A stretch of 56,514 nt of DNA from Vicinamibacteria bacterium (GTDB taxonomy: Bacteria; Verrucomicrobiota; Verrucomicrobiia; Verrucomicrobiales; Akkermansiaceae). Location of the stretch: the NCBI GenBank assembly GCA_964194815.1, contig CAXMOB010000359.1, positions 1 to 56,514 of the forward strand, in the 5' to 3' direction. How positions within the stretch are numbered: the stretch's first letter is position 1; each line of letters begins with the position of its first letter. The notes under the pieces are model-generated. The model was not told the DNA's origin. It did not search any database and worked only from the letters and a program-made list of their open reading frames with translations. A program made the translations under genes and the position numbers. Positions 1 to 9,627 of this stretch are shown here, one piece after another.

Positions 1-492
1 GGGGGACTTCGCACTTACTGTGTCTGTGTGTAACCTAGAGATGTGTAGGTGGTGAACTTACTGTGGTGCTGGCACCTCAGGCATGATCGTTCTCAATGAA
101 GCTTGGCACGTCCCGCAGGGGCGTGCCGTGCGAGTAAGACTAAACAAACGGTGACATCCCAACAGATTGGATCATACGCTCTCCGCAGTATGGGTCCCGG
201 TGAAGCGACGAACCATACGGCGTCAGCCGTATGGTTCTCGGTATTGGTAAGTCGTATGGCGGAGCAGTGTGAACAATATTGGTTTGGTTTACCTCGTGCC
301 GCTTTGGTCAGAGTGTCAGCAAAGAAATGCTATGTGGTGGGCGGGGTGATTCAGTACCGCCGTATTCTGATGATACATTAGTAGTGATACTCTGGGGGGT
401 GAATGGTTGAGAATAGACAACAAATGTAATGCCACAGTTCGTGAGATCGTTTTTTTCTGCCAAGTAAATGCCAAGTAACTTTTTAAGGTGGC

Positions 493-527
493 AAAAAATT
501 AAGGGGCTGCACAACGTGCAACCCCTT
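493..527 (-). terminator. Probable intrinsic terminator downstream of tRNA-Leu
   Basis: Minus strand reads AAGGGGTTGCAC-GTT-GTGCAGCCCCTT then AATTTTTT, just 3' of the tRNA. Confidence 0.6.
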
Positions 528-540
528 TAGGTATAAGAAA

Positions 541-624
541 TACTCACAACCGGACTCGAACCGGTACGTCCCGAAGGACAGCAGATTTTAAGTCTGCGGC
601 GTCTACCAATTCCGCCATGTGAGC
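541..624 (-). tRNA. tRNA-Leu (anticodon TAA), CCA not encoded
   Basis: Reverse complement GCTCACA TGGCGGAATTGGTAGACGC C GCAGA-CTTAAAA-TCTGC TGTCCTTCGGGACGT ACCGG-TTCGAGT-CCGGT TGTGAGT A: acceptor stem, D-loop GG, TAA anticodon, long variable arm, TTCGA T-loop. Confidence 0.97.
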
Positions 625-685
625 ACTTAAAATACTGAAGGGAATTGAGCCTTTGATAGCTCGATTCCTCTCGGTGGTGCGGACA

Positions 686-2347
686 CTAGAGACGTTTTTT
701 GATGGCGTCAATAGTGGATATTACGCTTGAGCGAATTTTTTCATCGCTTGCTTTTTCGAGAATGGCCTGAAGCTGACTGAGTGAAGCTTCTGTGCCATTC
801 TTTTTCAATATGTTACAGGCAGAGATGAGTTGAATTTCGTTCAATTCAAGGAGGTGAGGCAGAAGCACCTTAACTGCAATTTCTCCTGAATTTATCAGTG
901 CTGTTTCATGACCTAAGGGCGATTGTTTCCAAATGTTGAAGAGAATAGCTTCCGATTTTGGTAATTTGAAGGCGAGGCAGTAGTCTAGAAAACTGACAGG
1001 AAGTTGGCGATTTTTAGAGATGTAGGATTCAGCGTGCTTGAGTATAGCTTGGTGTAAAATTTCCACTCGGTGGCTATGTTGTGGTAGTTTTTTGTCATAT
1101 GCGTTGATCAATGAGATCCAGTTTTTGCTAGCTTTGACGACATGGCCTTTGAATGCTAGGTCACGTGTCTCGATGAGGACCGTGAGGCTGACTAAGATGT
1201 CAGGTGCCAAGATGAGGCGGTCTGCTTGCTCAATCTGGTACAGCGATTGCAGTTGAGCCTTTAAGCTGAGGTTGTGCATTAAGGCGTGAGTTTGAGTCAT
1301 CTTTGATAATGCTGTTGTTGGCTCTTGCTCTGGTGCACCTTTCACGATTAGTTGCAGCAGGGTGAGTTGCTGAATGCCATCGAGGTGGGTTTTATCAACA
1401 GATGAGCTAAGGTGGGTGAATAGTGTTTCAAAAACTTGGTCAGTGTCGAAGTCGTGTTGGATGATGACCAGGCAGGCAGGGTAATTTTTGATGGGGTGGA
1501 GGGTGTTGAGGATCTCAATGTTTATCTTTTTGCTGCTGTCTAAGTCTAAGGCACTGGTGGTGATGAAATGGATGAGATCGTCTTTAAAAAATGGGCTGTA
1601 ATGATCAATGACTAGGCCTATCGTTCTCTGGTCTGGCTCAGCAGCCTTAAGCTTGAGGTAGCTTGCGTATTGGATATTGTCGGAGAATGTGTCGCCACTA
1701 GGTGGACTTGTTGGAAATGGGAAAGGCTCTGGAGTACTTTGTGACTGGTTATTTTGTTGAGAACGCGCGTGATTGAGAGCGTCACGTTCCAAACGGTAGC
1801 TATCTTTTAAATAATAGACAGTTCCTACTAAGCCTAAAGAGAGCACGCCAGTAACGACTAGACTATGAAACCGACGATGTTTAGCTCCAACGAAAAACAG
1901 GATAGTGCCCAAGCTTGATATGAGGGCAGCTAATATCATGCGTTTCGTGTTAGTCATTTCGAAAATCATGCCATCTGGATGATGACCAAGGGCGAAAATG
2001 AGGTACCCGACTAAGAATATGACGAGTGCGGCGGCGATGGCAGCAAGGTGGATCGGCGTGAGGATAGTTTTTGAAATGTCGACGTGGGGTGAGCTAGAGG
2101 CTTTAGTGATTTGTTTCGAAACCTTCTTGCCTGTGTCGACAGCAGTTGCTGTGAATCCATCTAATCCTGTCTCTTTTTCACCTGGGTAAACCTTTTCTAT
2201 GGATTGCGTTTGGTTACATTCCATTGGGGGGAAAGCGTGGTCACAATGTTGGCATGTGTAGGAGCTGGCTTGCTCTTCTTCTTGCGTGAGATTGAGAGTT
2301 TTGTGACAACTCGGGCATTGCTGTTTTTGCGGTGACATATCTGACAT
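686..2347 (-). CDS. Hypothetical membrane protein: N-terminal Zn-ribbon, ~3 TM helices, helical (HEAT-like) C-terminus
   Basis: Long ORF with CPSC...CQHC near the N-terminus and three hydrophobic segments. ATG 2347 (MSDMSPQ) preferred over the track's 2410 start. Confidence 0.65.
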   Translation of the reverse strand: MSDMSPQKQQCPSCHKTLNLTQEEEQASSYTCQHCDHAFPPMECNQTQSIEKVYPGEKETGLDGFTATAVDTGKKVSKQITKASSSPHVDISKTILTPIHLAAIAAALVIFLVGYLIFALGHHPDGMIFEMTNTKRMILAALISSLGTILFFVGAKHRRFHSLVVTGVLSLGLVGTVYYLKDSYRLERDALNHARSQQNNQSQSTPEPFPFPTSPPSGDTFSDNIQYASYLKLKAAEPDQRTIGLVIDHYSPFFKDDLIHFITTSALDLDSSKKINIEILNTLHPIKNYPACLVIIQHDFDTDQVFETLFTHLSSSVDKTHLDGIQQLTLLQLIVKGAPEQEPTTALSKMTQTHALMHNLSLKAQLQSLYQIEQADRLILAPDILVSLTVLIETRDLAFKGHVVKASKNWISLINAYDKKLPQHSHRVEILHQAILKHAESYISKNRQLPVSFLDYCLAFKLPKSEAILFNIWKQSPLGHETALINSGEIAVKVLLPHLLELNEIQLISACNILKKNGTEASLSQLQAILEKASDEKIRSSVISTIDAIKKRL

Positions 2348-2612
2348 GACACTGTTGTAATAATTGCCAAATGACGAGTGAAAATGCTTATGGAAGCACT
2401 GGTAGTCCAAATTCTTGTAGTTTTTGTTTAGGATTTGGATGTGTAATGGTTTCAGTTTGCTGGATATTATACCGCTTATCGATCACCGAGACCAAATTTC
2501 ACCTTCATTTATTGGCGGATTCATTCTGGCTATTGCTTTAAATACTTTACGATATTCCTGTGTGCTCCATTCGGGCTTGCTTGCGGTAGGTGATTCGTTT
2601 AATGCTGCATCT

Positions 2613-3317
2613 ATGCTAAAAGATCTACAGCAACTCCTCGTACTTCAGGACCGAGACACAAACTTACAGAAACTCGAAGCTGACATGCGTCAGATTCCCA
2701 AAGATGTAGAGCGCGAAGCCTCTCGTTTGAAGCAGGATCAAGCTGCTCTAGACACTGCTAAGCAGGAACTCCAGAAGCTCGAAATAGAGGCAGGTAAGGT
2801 AAAGTTAGACCGTCGGACACGCCAAGATACCTTAGAAAAATTACGTGTGCAGATGTTCGAAACAAAGAAGAACGAAGAATATGCTGCATTAGGGGCGGAA
2901 GCGGATAGGTATGAAACGATAGTTGGCGAGTATGAAACTGAGGAACTTGAGTTACTTGAGAAATGTGACAGCCAGAAAGCAGTGGTTGAGCAAAAGACGC
3001 AGGCTTTGGTGGATCGCAAGGTAATGGTCGCAAGTAATGTGGCTGAGCTGAAAGATAAGGCGAAGATATTAGTGGCAAAATTTAAAGAGGCAAAGGTAGA
3101 TCGAGCCAATGCAGCTAGTGGAGTAGAGGAGGAAACATTGGGTCTTTATGACAGAGTGTTCAAGTCTAAGGGAGATTTTGCAGTGGTGGAAATCCTTCAC
3201 GGTGCAGTTTGTTCAGGATGTCACATTACAGTGGTGGCTAGTACATTATCAAAGCTTCGTGCTGATAGTGCGATCACTCAGTGTGAAAACTGTGCACGTA
3301 TTTTATTCGAACATTAA
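2613..3317 (+). CDS. Coiled-coil protein with C4-type zinc ribbon (DUF164/CT398-like)
   Basis: Begins MLKDLQQLLVLQDRD, long coiled coil, C-terminal CSGC...CENCARIL. Start moved from 2424 to ATG 2613. Confidence 0.85.
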   Translation: MLKDLQQLLVLQDRDTNLQKLEADMRQIPKDVEREASRLKQDQAALDTAKQELQKLEIEAGKVKLDRRTRQDTLEKLRVQMFETKKNEEYAALGAEADRYETIVGEYETEELELLEKCDSQKAVVEQKTQALVDRKVMVASNVAELKDKAKILVAKFKEAKVDRANAASGVEEETLGLYDRVFKSKGDFAVVEILHGAVCSGCHITVVASTLSKLRADSAITQCENCARILFEH

Positions 3318-3329
3318 GAACTCGAAACT

Positions 3330-3677
3330 ATGGCGAAGAAAAAGAAGCCGATGTGGCCAATTTGGGTGACCATTGCAATCTTAGTAGGATGCACAGTGCT
3401 TGTGTTGTCTGACTGGAAACGCTATCCATCTAATTCTGAAATGGAGCATTTCATGGAGGTTACCAATTCTGAAATTCAAAAAGTGGAGGTGCTGAAAGCC
3501 GAGTCACCCAATGATGCTTACGAGAAGTCGCGCGTTTACACTCTCAAAATTTCCTATAAGGATGGGCGTGTAATTGAGGATACCCATACCGTTAAGGAAA
3601 AGTATCAAAAGGCTGTTTACCCTTGGCATGACTATTTTGAAGGACTCTATCCTACAACGCAAAACTATACACAGTAA
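3330..3677 (+). CDS. Hypothetical protein with N-terminal TM anchor
   Basis: 115 aa ORF with basic N-terminus and hydrophobic helix. Its stop overlaps the dusB start. Confidence 0.7.
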   Translation: MAKKKKPMWPIWVTIAILVGCTVLVLSDWKRYPSNSEMEHFMEVTNSEIQKVEVLKAESPNDAYEKSRVYTLKISYKDGRVIEDTHTVKEKYQKAVYPWHDYFEGLYPTTQNYTQ

Positions 3678-4696
3678 TGGTTCCGTGGATTAAAGATGGT
3701 GAATTCCCCTTGTTCTTAGCTCCTATGGCAGGGGTGACGGATGTGGTGTTCCGTAAAATTTGTAAAGAAATGGGAGCAGATGTCACAGTGACGGAATTCG
3801 TTTCCGCTGAGGGGATCATTCGACGCGACGACAGAACGCGTAAATACACTGAATTCACTGACGATCTTCGTCCGTGTGGTGTGCAGCTTTTTGGAGCTGA
3901 CGGTAAACGCATGGGAGAGGCGGCGAGAAAGATCATTGATTGGAAAGAGCCTGAGTTCATCGACATCAACTTTGGTTGCCCGGTGAATAAAGTGGTTTCC
4001 AAGAATGGTGGCTCTTCTTTATTAAGAGATTGTCCCTTACTTGCCTCGGTTGCTTCTGAAATTCAGAAAGCAGTGGGGGAGCAAGTCCCTGTGACCGCAA
4101 AAATTCGCATTGGCTGGGACATGGAAAGCGTTAATGCTCAAGAGGTGTGTAAGGTGCTGGAGGATTGTGGAATGAAAACGATTGCGATTCATGGTCGCAC
4201 CCGCTCACAAGGCTATAGTGGCGAAGCAAACTGGGAAGTGATCGATGCATGCACCCAGGTTGTCGATGTTCCGATTATTGGTAACGGCGATATTGCGACA
4301 GGTGAAGACGTTGAAAAGCGTCGTAATGAAACTGGAGTTTCGGGCGTGATGATCGGTCGTGCCGCAATGCAGAATCCGTGGGTTTTCCGTGAGGCAAAGC
4401 ATTATTTGGCAACAGGTGAGCATATGGCTCCACCGGCACTTGAAGAGCGTTGGACATTGATTCGTCGTCACTGCCTTTTATCTACCCAAAGCACTCGCTA
4501 CGGTAATGAACGTCAGACGATGATGGCGATGCGATCGCGTCTGATGGCTTACTGCAAAGGATTCCCTGGGGCTAAGCCATTACGTAGAGCGCTTTGTGCA
4601 GTCAGTTCACTCACTGAATTGGAAGACGTGATAGCTGAATACATGAAGAGTTTTGAGGCGGGGGATTTTGGTGCAGGTGTCATTTCTTCTCAGTGA
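3677..4696 (+). CDS. dusB: tRNA-dihydrouridine synthase (DusB family)
   Basis: Motifs LAPMAGVTD, DINFGCP, VTAKIRIGW, IHGRTR, GNGDI, GVMIGRA. Confidence 0.93.
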   Translation: MVPWIKDGEFPLFLAPMAGVTDVVFRKICKEMGADVTVTEFVSAEGIIRRDDRTRKYTEFTDDLRPCGVQLFGADGKRMGEAARKIIDWKEPEFIDINFGCPVNKVVSKNGGSSLLRDCPLLASVASEIQKAVGEQVPVTAKIRIGWDMESVNAQEVCKVLEDCGMKTIAIHGRTRSQGYSGEANWEVIDACTQVVDVPIIGNGDIATGEDVEKRRNETGVSGVMIGRAAMQNPWVFREAKHYLATGEHMAPPALEERWTLIRRHCLLSTQSTRYGNERQTMMAMRSRLMAYCKGFPGAKPLRRALCAVSSLTELEDVIAEYMKSFEAGDFGAGVISSQ

Positions 4697-4781
4697 TCGC
4701 TTTTTAAAACACTAATTAAAACTATTCAGACTTGCTTGAAGTAACTTCAATGTTACAAATGCGTTCCAAACCACTTTATAC

Positions 4782-5780
4782 ATGTCAGGTAAATTAACTT
4801 ATAAGGAGTCGGGTGTAGATACACGAGAAGCAGCTGCATTAGTCGGTGATATAGGCAGTCATGTGCGACGCACTCAACAACAACGTAAACTCCACGGAGC
4901 TTTTGGTCTTTTTGCAGCAGCATTCGATCTCTCAGAGTATAAAGAACCTGTTCTCGTCACTGGTTGTGACGGTGTAGGAACTAAGCTTGAATTGCTCCTT
5001 GAGCATGAGATGTATGCAACAGCTGGAAAAGATCTTGTGGCGATGTCAGTCAATGACATCCTTACTACAGGGGGCGACCCATTGATGTTCCTCGATTACA
5101 TCGGGATTTCAGCATTAGACAAGCCAGTGATCACTGGCCTTATCGCTGGAATGTGTGACTATCTTGAAGACTGTGGTTGTATTCTCGCTGGTGGCGAAAC
5201 TGCAGAAATGCCAGGAATCGTTCCAGAGGATGTGATCGAACTTGCTGGATTCTGTATCGGAGCGGTTGAAAAGCCAAACCTGGTAGATCCTACACAAATT
5301 AAAGAAGGTGACGTTCTCGTTGGCTTCGGCTCTGACGGTCCACACGCAAACGGTTTCAGCCTAGTGCGTCGCGTGATCGCTGAGAATCCAGACCTTCTCT
5401 CTAAGGAGGAAATAATAAGCATCCTTGCTCCGACTCGCCTCTACCACGATGTGGTTGCTGACGTGCGCACAGCAGGTGTCATCCCAAAAGCGATGGCTCA
5501 CATCACTGGTGGTGGACTTCCTGAGAATCTTGAGCGCCTTTTCCAAAACGGACTTGGGGCTGACCTTGAAATTCCTTTTTGGAATAACCCACCAATGCGT
5601 AAGATGTTTGAATTCATCGACGCTGCAGACAAGTTTCACACTTTCAACATGGGATTCGGCTGGGTGTGCATCGTAGATGCTGCTGACGCTGGTAAGATCC
5701 TCTCTGCTGGTAACGGCGGCGTGGTACTCGGTAAGGTGGTAGCAAATGAAGGCGTTCGCGTTCAGGAAGCTGCAAAGTAA
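4782..5780 (+). CDS. purM: Phosphoribosylformylglycinamidine cyclo-ligase (AIR synthetase)
   Basis: Motifs YKESGVD, DGVGTK, VAMSVND, GGETAEMP, HITGGG, TFNMG. Confidence 0.96.
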   Translation: MSGKLTYKESGVDTREAAALVGDIGSHVRRTQQQRKLHGAFGLFAAAFDLSEYKEPVLVTGCDGVGTKLELLLEHEMYATAGKDLVAMSVNDILTTGGDPLMFLDYIGISALDKPVITGLIAGMCDYLEDCGCILAGGETAEMPGIVPEDVIELAGFCIGAVEKPNLVDPTQIKEGDVLVGFGSDGPHANGFSLVRRVIAENPDLLSKEEIISILAPTRLYHDVVADVRTAGVIPKAMAHITGGGLPENLERLFQNGLGADLEIPFWNNPPMRKMFEFIDAADKFHTFNMGFGWVCIVDAADAGKILSAGNGGVVLGKVVANEGVRVQEAAK

Positions 5781-5810
5781 TCGATTTTTTCTGAATACAA
5801 CTATCTCATT

Positions 5811-7736
5811 ATGAGTGATCCATTAACGCACGAATGCGGTATTGCTGTCGTTAGACTTCGCAAGCCGCTACAGTATTACATCGACAAATACGGCACACCT
5901 CTCTGGGGTTTGAATAAGCTTTTTCTTCTTATGGAGAAGCAACACAACCGCGGACAGGACGGTATCGGTATAGGCACCGTCAAGTTGCAGATGCCACTTG
6001 GCCAGCAGTATATCTTCCGTCGTCGTGATTCACAGAAGAACGCACTCGCGAATATCTTCAGTAAGGAAATAAAGAATTTCAACAAGTTAGCACGTCGTAA
6101 GCTGATCGATCCCGATGATTCGGCGAGCGTAAAAACTGGTTATGATTTTGCCGGTGAGGTCCTCATGGGGCACTTGCGTTATGGCACATCAGGAGCATTT
6201 AATGCAAGCTCATGCCACCCATACCTTCGTCGTAGTAATTGGTCGACCCGCACACTTATGGTGCAGGGTAACTTCAACATGACGAATGCTGGTGAATTGA
6301 ATAAGAAGCTTATTGATCGTGGCCAGCACCCAATTTTTGGCACAGATACGCAGACAGTTCTTGAAGAGATCGGTTTCCATCTCGATGAGGAGCATACGTT
6401 AATTTATCGTGAGCTTCGCGACCAAGGTGTCGATGGTGGAGAAATTCCACAAATGATTTCTGATCGATTGAATATGCATTCGATCGTCGCTGAAGCAGCC
6501 CAAGCATGGGATGGTGGATACGCGATCTGTGGTGCTGTTGGTAATGGTGATATGTTCGTGGTACGTGACCCACGTGGTATTCGTCCATGCCATTGCTATA
6601 TCGATGATGAAGTGATTGCATTTGCTTCAGAGCGCGTGCCATTGATGACTGTATTTGAAGCGCAGAAGGACGATGTAGAAGTCGTGACTCCTGGACAAAT
6701 GATCATGGTTGACCACCGTGGTGAGATCACACGTTCACAATTCCATCAGGAAGAAAAGCACGCACCGTGTTCATTCGAGCGTATCTATTTCTCACGTGGT
6801 AATGATCCTGATATCTACAAAGAGCGTAAAGCAATGGGTGCTGCACTCGTTGATCAGGTAGTGAAGTCTATCGGAGATGATTTTGGAAAGTCTGTCTTTT
6901 CATTCATTCCAAATACTGCTGAAACTGCCTATTACGGATTGCTTGATGGACTGCGGATGTATCGTCGTCAGCAGGTTCGTCGTGAGGTGTTAGATGCTCT
7001 TGAGGCAGGCACACTCGATGCCGACCTGTTGGACAATGTGATTTTAAAAAACTGGCCACGTGGTGAGAAGATTGCGCATAAGGATATCAAGATGCGGACC
7101 TTCATCTCGCAAGAGAAGGGAAGAGCTCAGATGGTGTCTCACGTTTATGATATCACCTATGATATTGTGAACCCTGGTGATTCTCTCGTGATGTTAGATG
7201 ATTCAATTGTTCGTGGAACTACACTTAAGGAATCGATCTTGAAGATTTTGACTCGCACCAATCCTAAGAAGATCGTGGTGTGTTCAACAGCTCCACAAAT
7301 CCGTTACCCGGATTGCTATGGAATTGATATGTCTGAAATTGGCAAATTCTGTGCATTCAAGGCAGCAGTGGCTCTGGTCAAGAAAGCTGGCAACGAAGTA
7401 CTGCTTAAGGAAATCTATGATGCTTGTAAGGCTGAGTTTGATAAGCCTCAGGCCGAGCGAGTTAACCAAGTGAAGCGTCTCTACGCTGACTTTACACCAG
7501 AAGAAATATCAGCAGAGATCTCGGCTCAAGTGTATCCTGTTGGACTCGAATGGAATGGAGAAATTGAAATTATCTTCCAAACTGTTGAGAACCTTCATGC
7601 ATCACTCAAGAACGAATCCGGGGATTGGTATTTCACTGGAAACTTCCCAACGCCTGGTGGTATGGCAGCAGTGAATTTAGCTTACCTGAACTGGTTTGAC
7701 GGAGTTGATGGCCGTTCCTACGACATCCCTAGCTAA
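5811..7736 (+). CDS. purF: Amidophosphoribosyltransferase (long form)
   Basis: Short propeptide then ECGI (Ntn Cys), QHNRGQD, GHLRYGT, CSFERIYF, DDSIVRGTT, YGIDM. Adjacent to purM. Confidence 0.93.
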   Translation: MSDPLTHECGIAVVRLRKPLQYYIDKYGTPLWGLNKLFLLMEKQHNRGQDGIGIGTVKLQMPLGQQYIFRRRDSQKNALANIFSKEIKNFNKLARRKLIDPDDSASVKTGYDFAGEVLMGHLRYGTSGAFNASSCHPYLRRSNWSTRTLMVQGNFNMTNAGELNKKLIDRGQHPIFGTDTQTVLEEIGFHLDEEHTLIYRELRDQGVDGGEIPQMISDRLNMHSIVAEAAQAWDGGYAICGAVGNGDMFVVRDPRGIRPCHCYIDDEVIAFASERVPLMTVFEAQKDDVEVVTPGQMIMVDHRGEITRSQFHQEEKHAPCSFERIYFSRGNDPDIYKERKAMGAALVDQVVKSIGDDFGKSVFSFIPNTAETAYYGLLDGLRMYRRQQVRREVLDALEAGTLDADLLDNVILKNWPRGEKIAHKDIKMRTFISQEKGRAQMVSHVYDITYDIVNPGDSLVMLDDSIVRGTTLKESILKILTRTNPKKIVVCSTAPQIRYPDCYGIDMSEIGKFCAFKAAVALVKKAGNEVLLKEIYDACKAEFDKPQAERVNQVKRLYADFTPEEISAEISAQVYPVGLEWNGEIEIIFQTVENLHASLKNESGDWYFTGNFPTPGGMAAVNLAYLNWFDGVDGRSYDIPS

Positions 7737-7759
7737 TTCATTTTACAATCAATTTTACT

Positions 7760-7793
7760 AAGGGCACTACCCAATTGGGTAGTGCCTTTTTTT
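7760..7793 (+). terminator. Intrinsic terminator after purF
   Basis: AGGGCACTACCC-AATT-GGGTAGTGCCTT hairpin running into a T tract. Confidence 0.9.
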
Positions 7794-8365
7794 ATGCTCA
7801 GTGGGGGCTAGTCAGCTTTATCTACTGGAAGGTTGATTAGTGCAGACTCATTTCCATACAATGTCATAGCATTCACTGTAGGTGGATGCCTTATTCATAG
7901 TCTGCCGACGGAGTTTGATAGGCTCTCTGTCTTTTTTAATTGATACTATTAACCCGCGTTCTAATTATCAGCAATAATGTGAAGGTAAATTAGTGTTACC
8001 CATTGCTGACTAGACTTTCTGCCACTTTGTAGTAAATTTACCTCTGTTAAATTAGACCGTAGGTTAATATGTTGATGAATTCCATAAGGCTGCTTAGCGG
8101 GGGAGTTTTGAGTGGCAATTTTGGCTTGTGTGGATAAGTTGACAATACCCAATTTTTGTCACTGGCAGAAAAGTAAAAGGATGCAATTCAAAAATATCAG
8201 ATGCGGCAATTCCCCCAATGACTTTTTTTGTCTTGCGTAATCGTATATTGACGTGGTACGTGTTAGTGAATCTGTTTAGGTGATCAATCTCTTTCCCCGT
8301 GAGTTTGATGATCAAGTCGGATAGGGTTAACAGATAGGGTTAAACAACATGCACAATTTGAAAAC

Positions 8366-9625
8366 ATGACTATTTCACAGGGAGCTCTTACTGTGGTGAC
8401 TGCAATATTGCCAGACCACAAGGACGAGCTGAACGTATTACTAACAGAACTTGGAGGGGATCCTAGTTCCAATCAAGATCTACCTCTCGGTAAGGTAGAT
8501 ACACTACATTTCGGTTGCTTCGTCGTCCTCAACGACCTCGACGACTACCCTCCGTATTTAGTATTCGAAGCGAACTACGATGGAGATCTTGATAATCATC
8601 TCGACCAACTCATCAGCGAAGGGGGGACGGGGTTAAAGAAAATCTTTGGTTTTGCTACTGAATTCCCTAGTAACGCTAATGACACTCAGCTGAAACAATT
8701 CCTTAAACAGCATTCGATACCAAACGCCGCCTTTTACATTGCCTTCCGTGGCCATTCGGTCGCGAGCCTGAAAAACGCCATTGCGGTTCGTGTGGAAATT
8801 GAAAACTTCCTCGACTTACAGCAAGCTGACAACAAGTTAGAGGGTTTGTCATCTCTACAAGTGGTGGAGCGGATTCAGTCACACATGGTGAAGCCTGATG
8901 TTATCACTCCGACGGTGTCCCAAACAACAGTGACACAGTGGAAAGCACGTGCGAAACGTAATACTATTGTTTTGATCGTTGTGGCTCTACCATTGGTCCT
9001 GTTATTCTCCCCTCTGATCATTGGCTGGCTGCTTCTGCTTCGAATTTGCGAGCAAGTGGATAATACCGCAACGCCACTGCCGCCATTGCCAGTTGACCCT
9101 CGCGTCTACGAGCATCCTGATATTTATCCACAGAGTCACCTCACCACCATGGTGTCGGTGCGTGATGGATTTATCCACAAGGCCACTCTCGCATTTGTGC
9201 TTAAAGTCACTAGTCTGCTGGCAAACAAAGTTGCCATTGCTGGTAACCTGCTAGGAATTCCGACCATTCATTTTGCTCGTTGGGCAATGATGGATGACAA
9301 CAAGAGAATGATCTTCTTCAGTAACTATGACGGCAGCTGGGCCAGCTACCTCGGGGACTTTGTCGATAAAGCTAAATACGGGCTCACCGCTATTTGGGGA
9401 AACACAGATCGCTTTCCTGCGACTACTTGGCTCGCCTTCGGGGGTGCAGCTAAGATGGTTCCATTCAAGGAGTGGAGCCGCGAGCATAACGTCTACGCCC
9501 CGTTTTTCTACCGAGCCTATTCCTCAGCCACAGTAGCCAACTTAACCAACAACATCGAGGTTCGCGATACCATCGGTCTTCCAATGGATGAAGCCGCTGC
9601 CTCTCAATTTTTACAAAAACTTTAA
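8366..9625 (+). CDS. Conserved hypothetical DyP-associated protein with internally duplicated HF...NYDG motif
   Basis: TLHFGCF...FEANYDG and TIHFARW...FSNYDG repeats separated by a hydrophobic helix. Lies 2 bp upstream of the DyP gene. Confidence 0.75.
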   Translation: MTISQGALTVVTAILPDHKDELNVLLTELGGDPSSNQDLPLGKVDTLHFGCFVVLNDLDDYPPYLVFEANYDGDLDNHLDQLISEGGTGLKKIFGFATEFPSNANDTQLKQFLKQHSIPNAAFYIAFRGHSVASLKNAIAVRVEIENFLDLQQADNKLEGLSSLQVVERIQSHMVKPDVITPTVSQTTVTQWKARAKRNTIVLIVVALPLVLLFSPLIIGWLLLLRICEQVDNTATPLPPLPVDPRVYEHPDIYPQSHLTTMVSVRDGFIHKATLAFVLKVTSLLANKVAIAGNLLGIPTIHFARWAMMDDNKRMIFFSNYDGSWASYLGDFVDKAKYGLTAIWGNTDRFPATTWLAFGGAAKMVPFKEWSREHNVYAPFFYRAYSSATVANLTNNIEVRDTIGLPMDEAAASQFLQKL

Positions 9626-9627
9626 TT

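Noticed and set aside
458-478. Sigma-54-like GG-N10-GC motif on the minus strand (TTGGCATTTACTTGGCA), also a TGCCAAGTAA tandem repeat
   Set aside because: The -12 element deviates from TTGC and no downstream gene is identifiable within the window.
103-514. Short ORFs 103-381 (+) and 308-514 (-)
   Set aside because: Non-ATG starts, no recognisable motifs, and they overlap hairpins or the tRNA terminator. Likely spurious.
2424-2612. N-terminal extension of the DUF164 ORF in the track
   Set aside because: Lies in the divergent promoter region. Family-like sequence starts at ATG 2613.
7961-8472. Small minus-strand ORFs upstream of the DyP operon
   Set aside because: Short, in AT-rich DNA, no motifs. 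More likely regulatory sequence.
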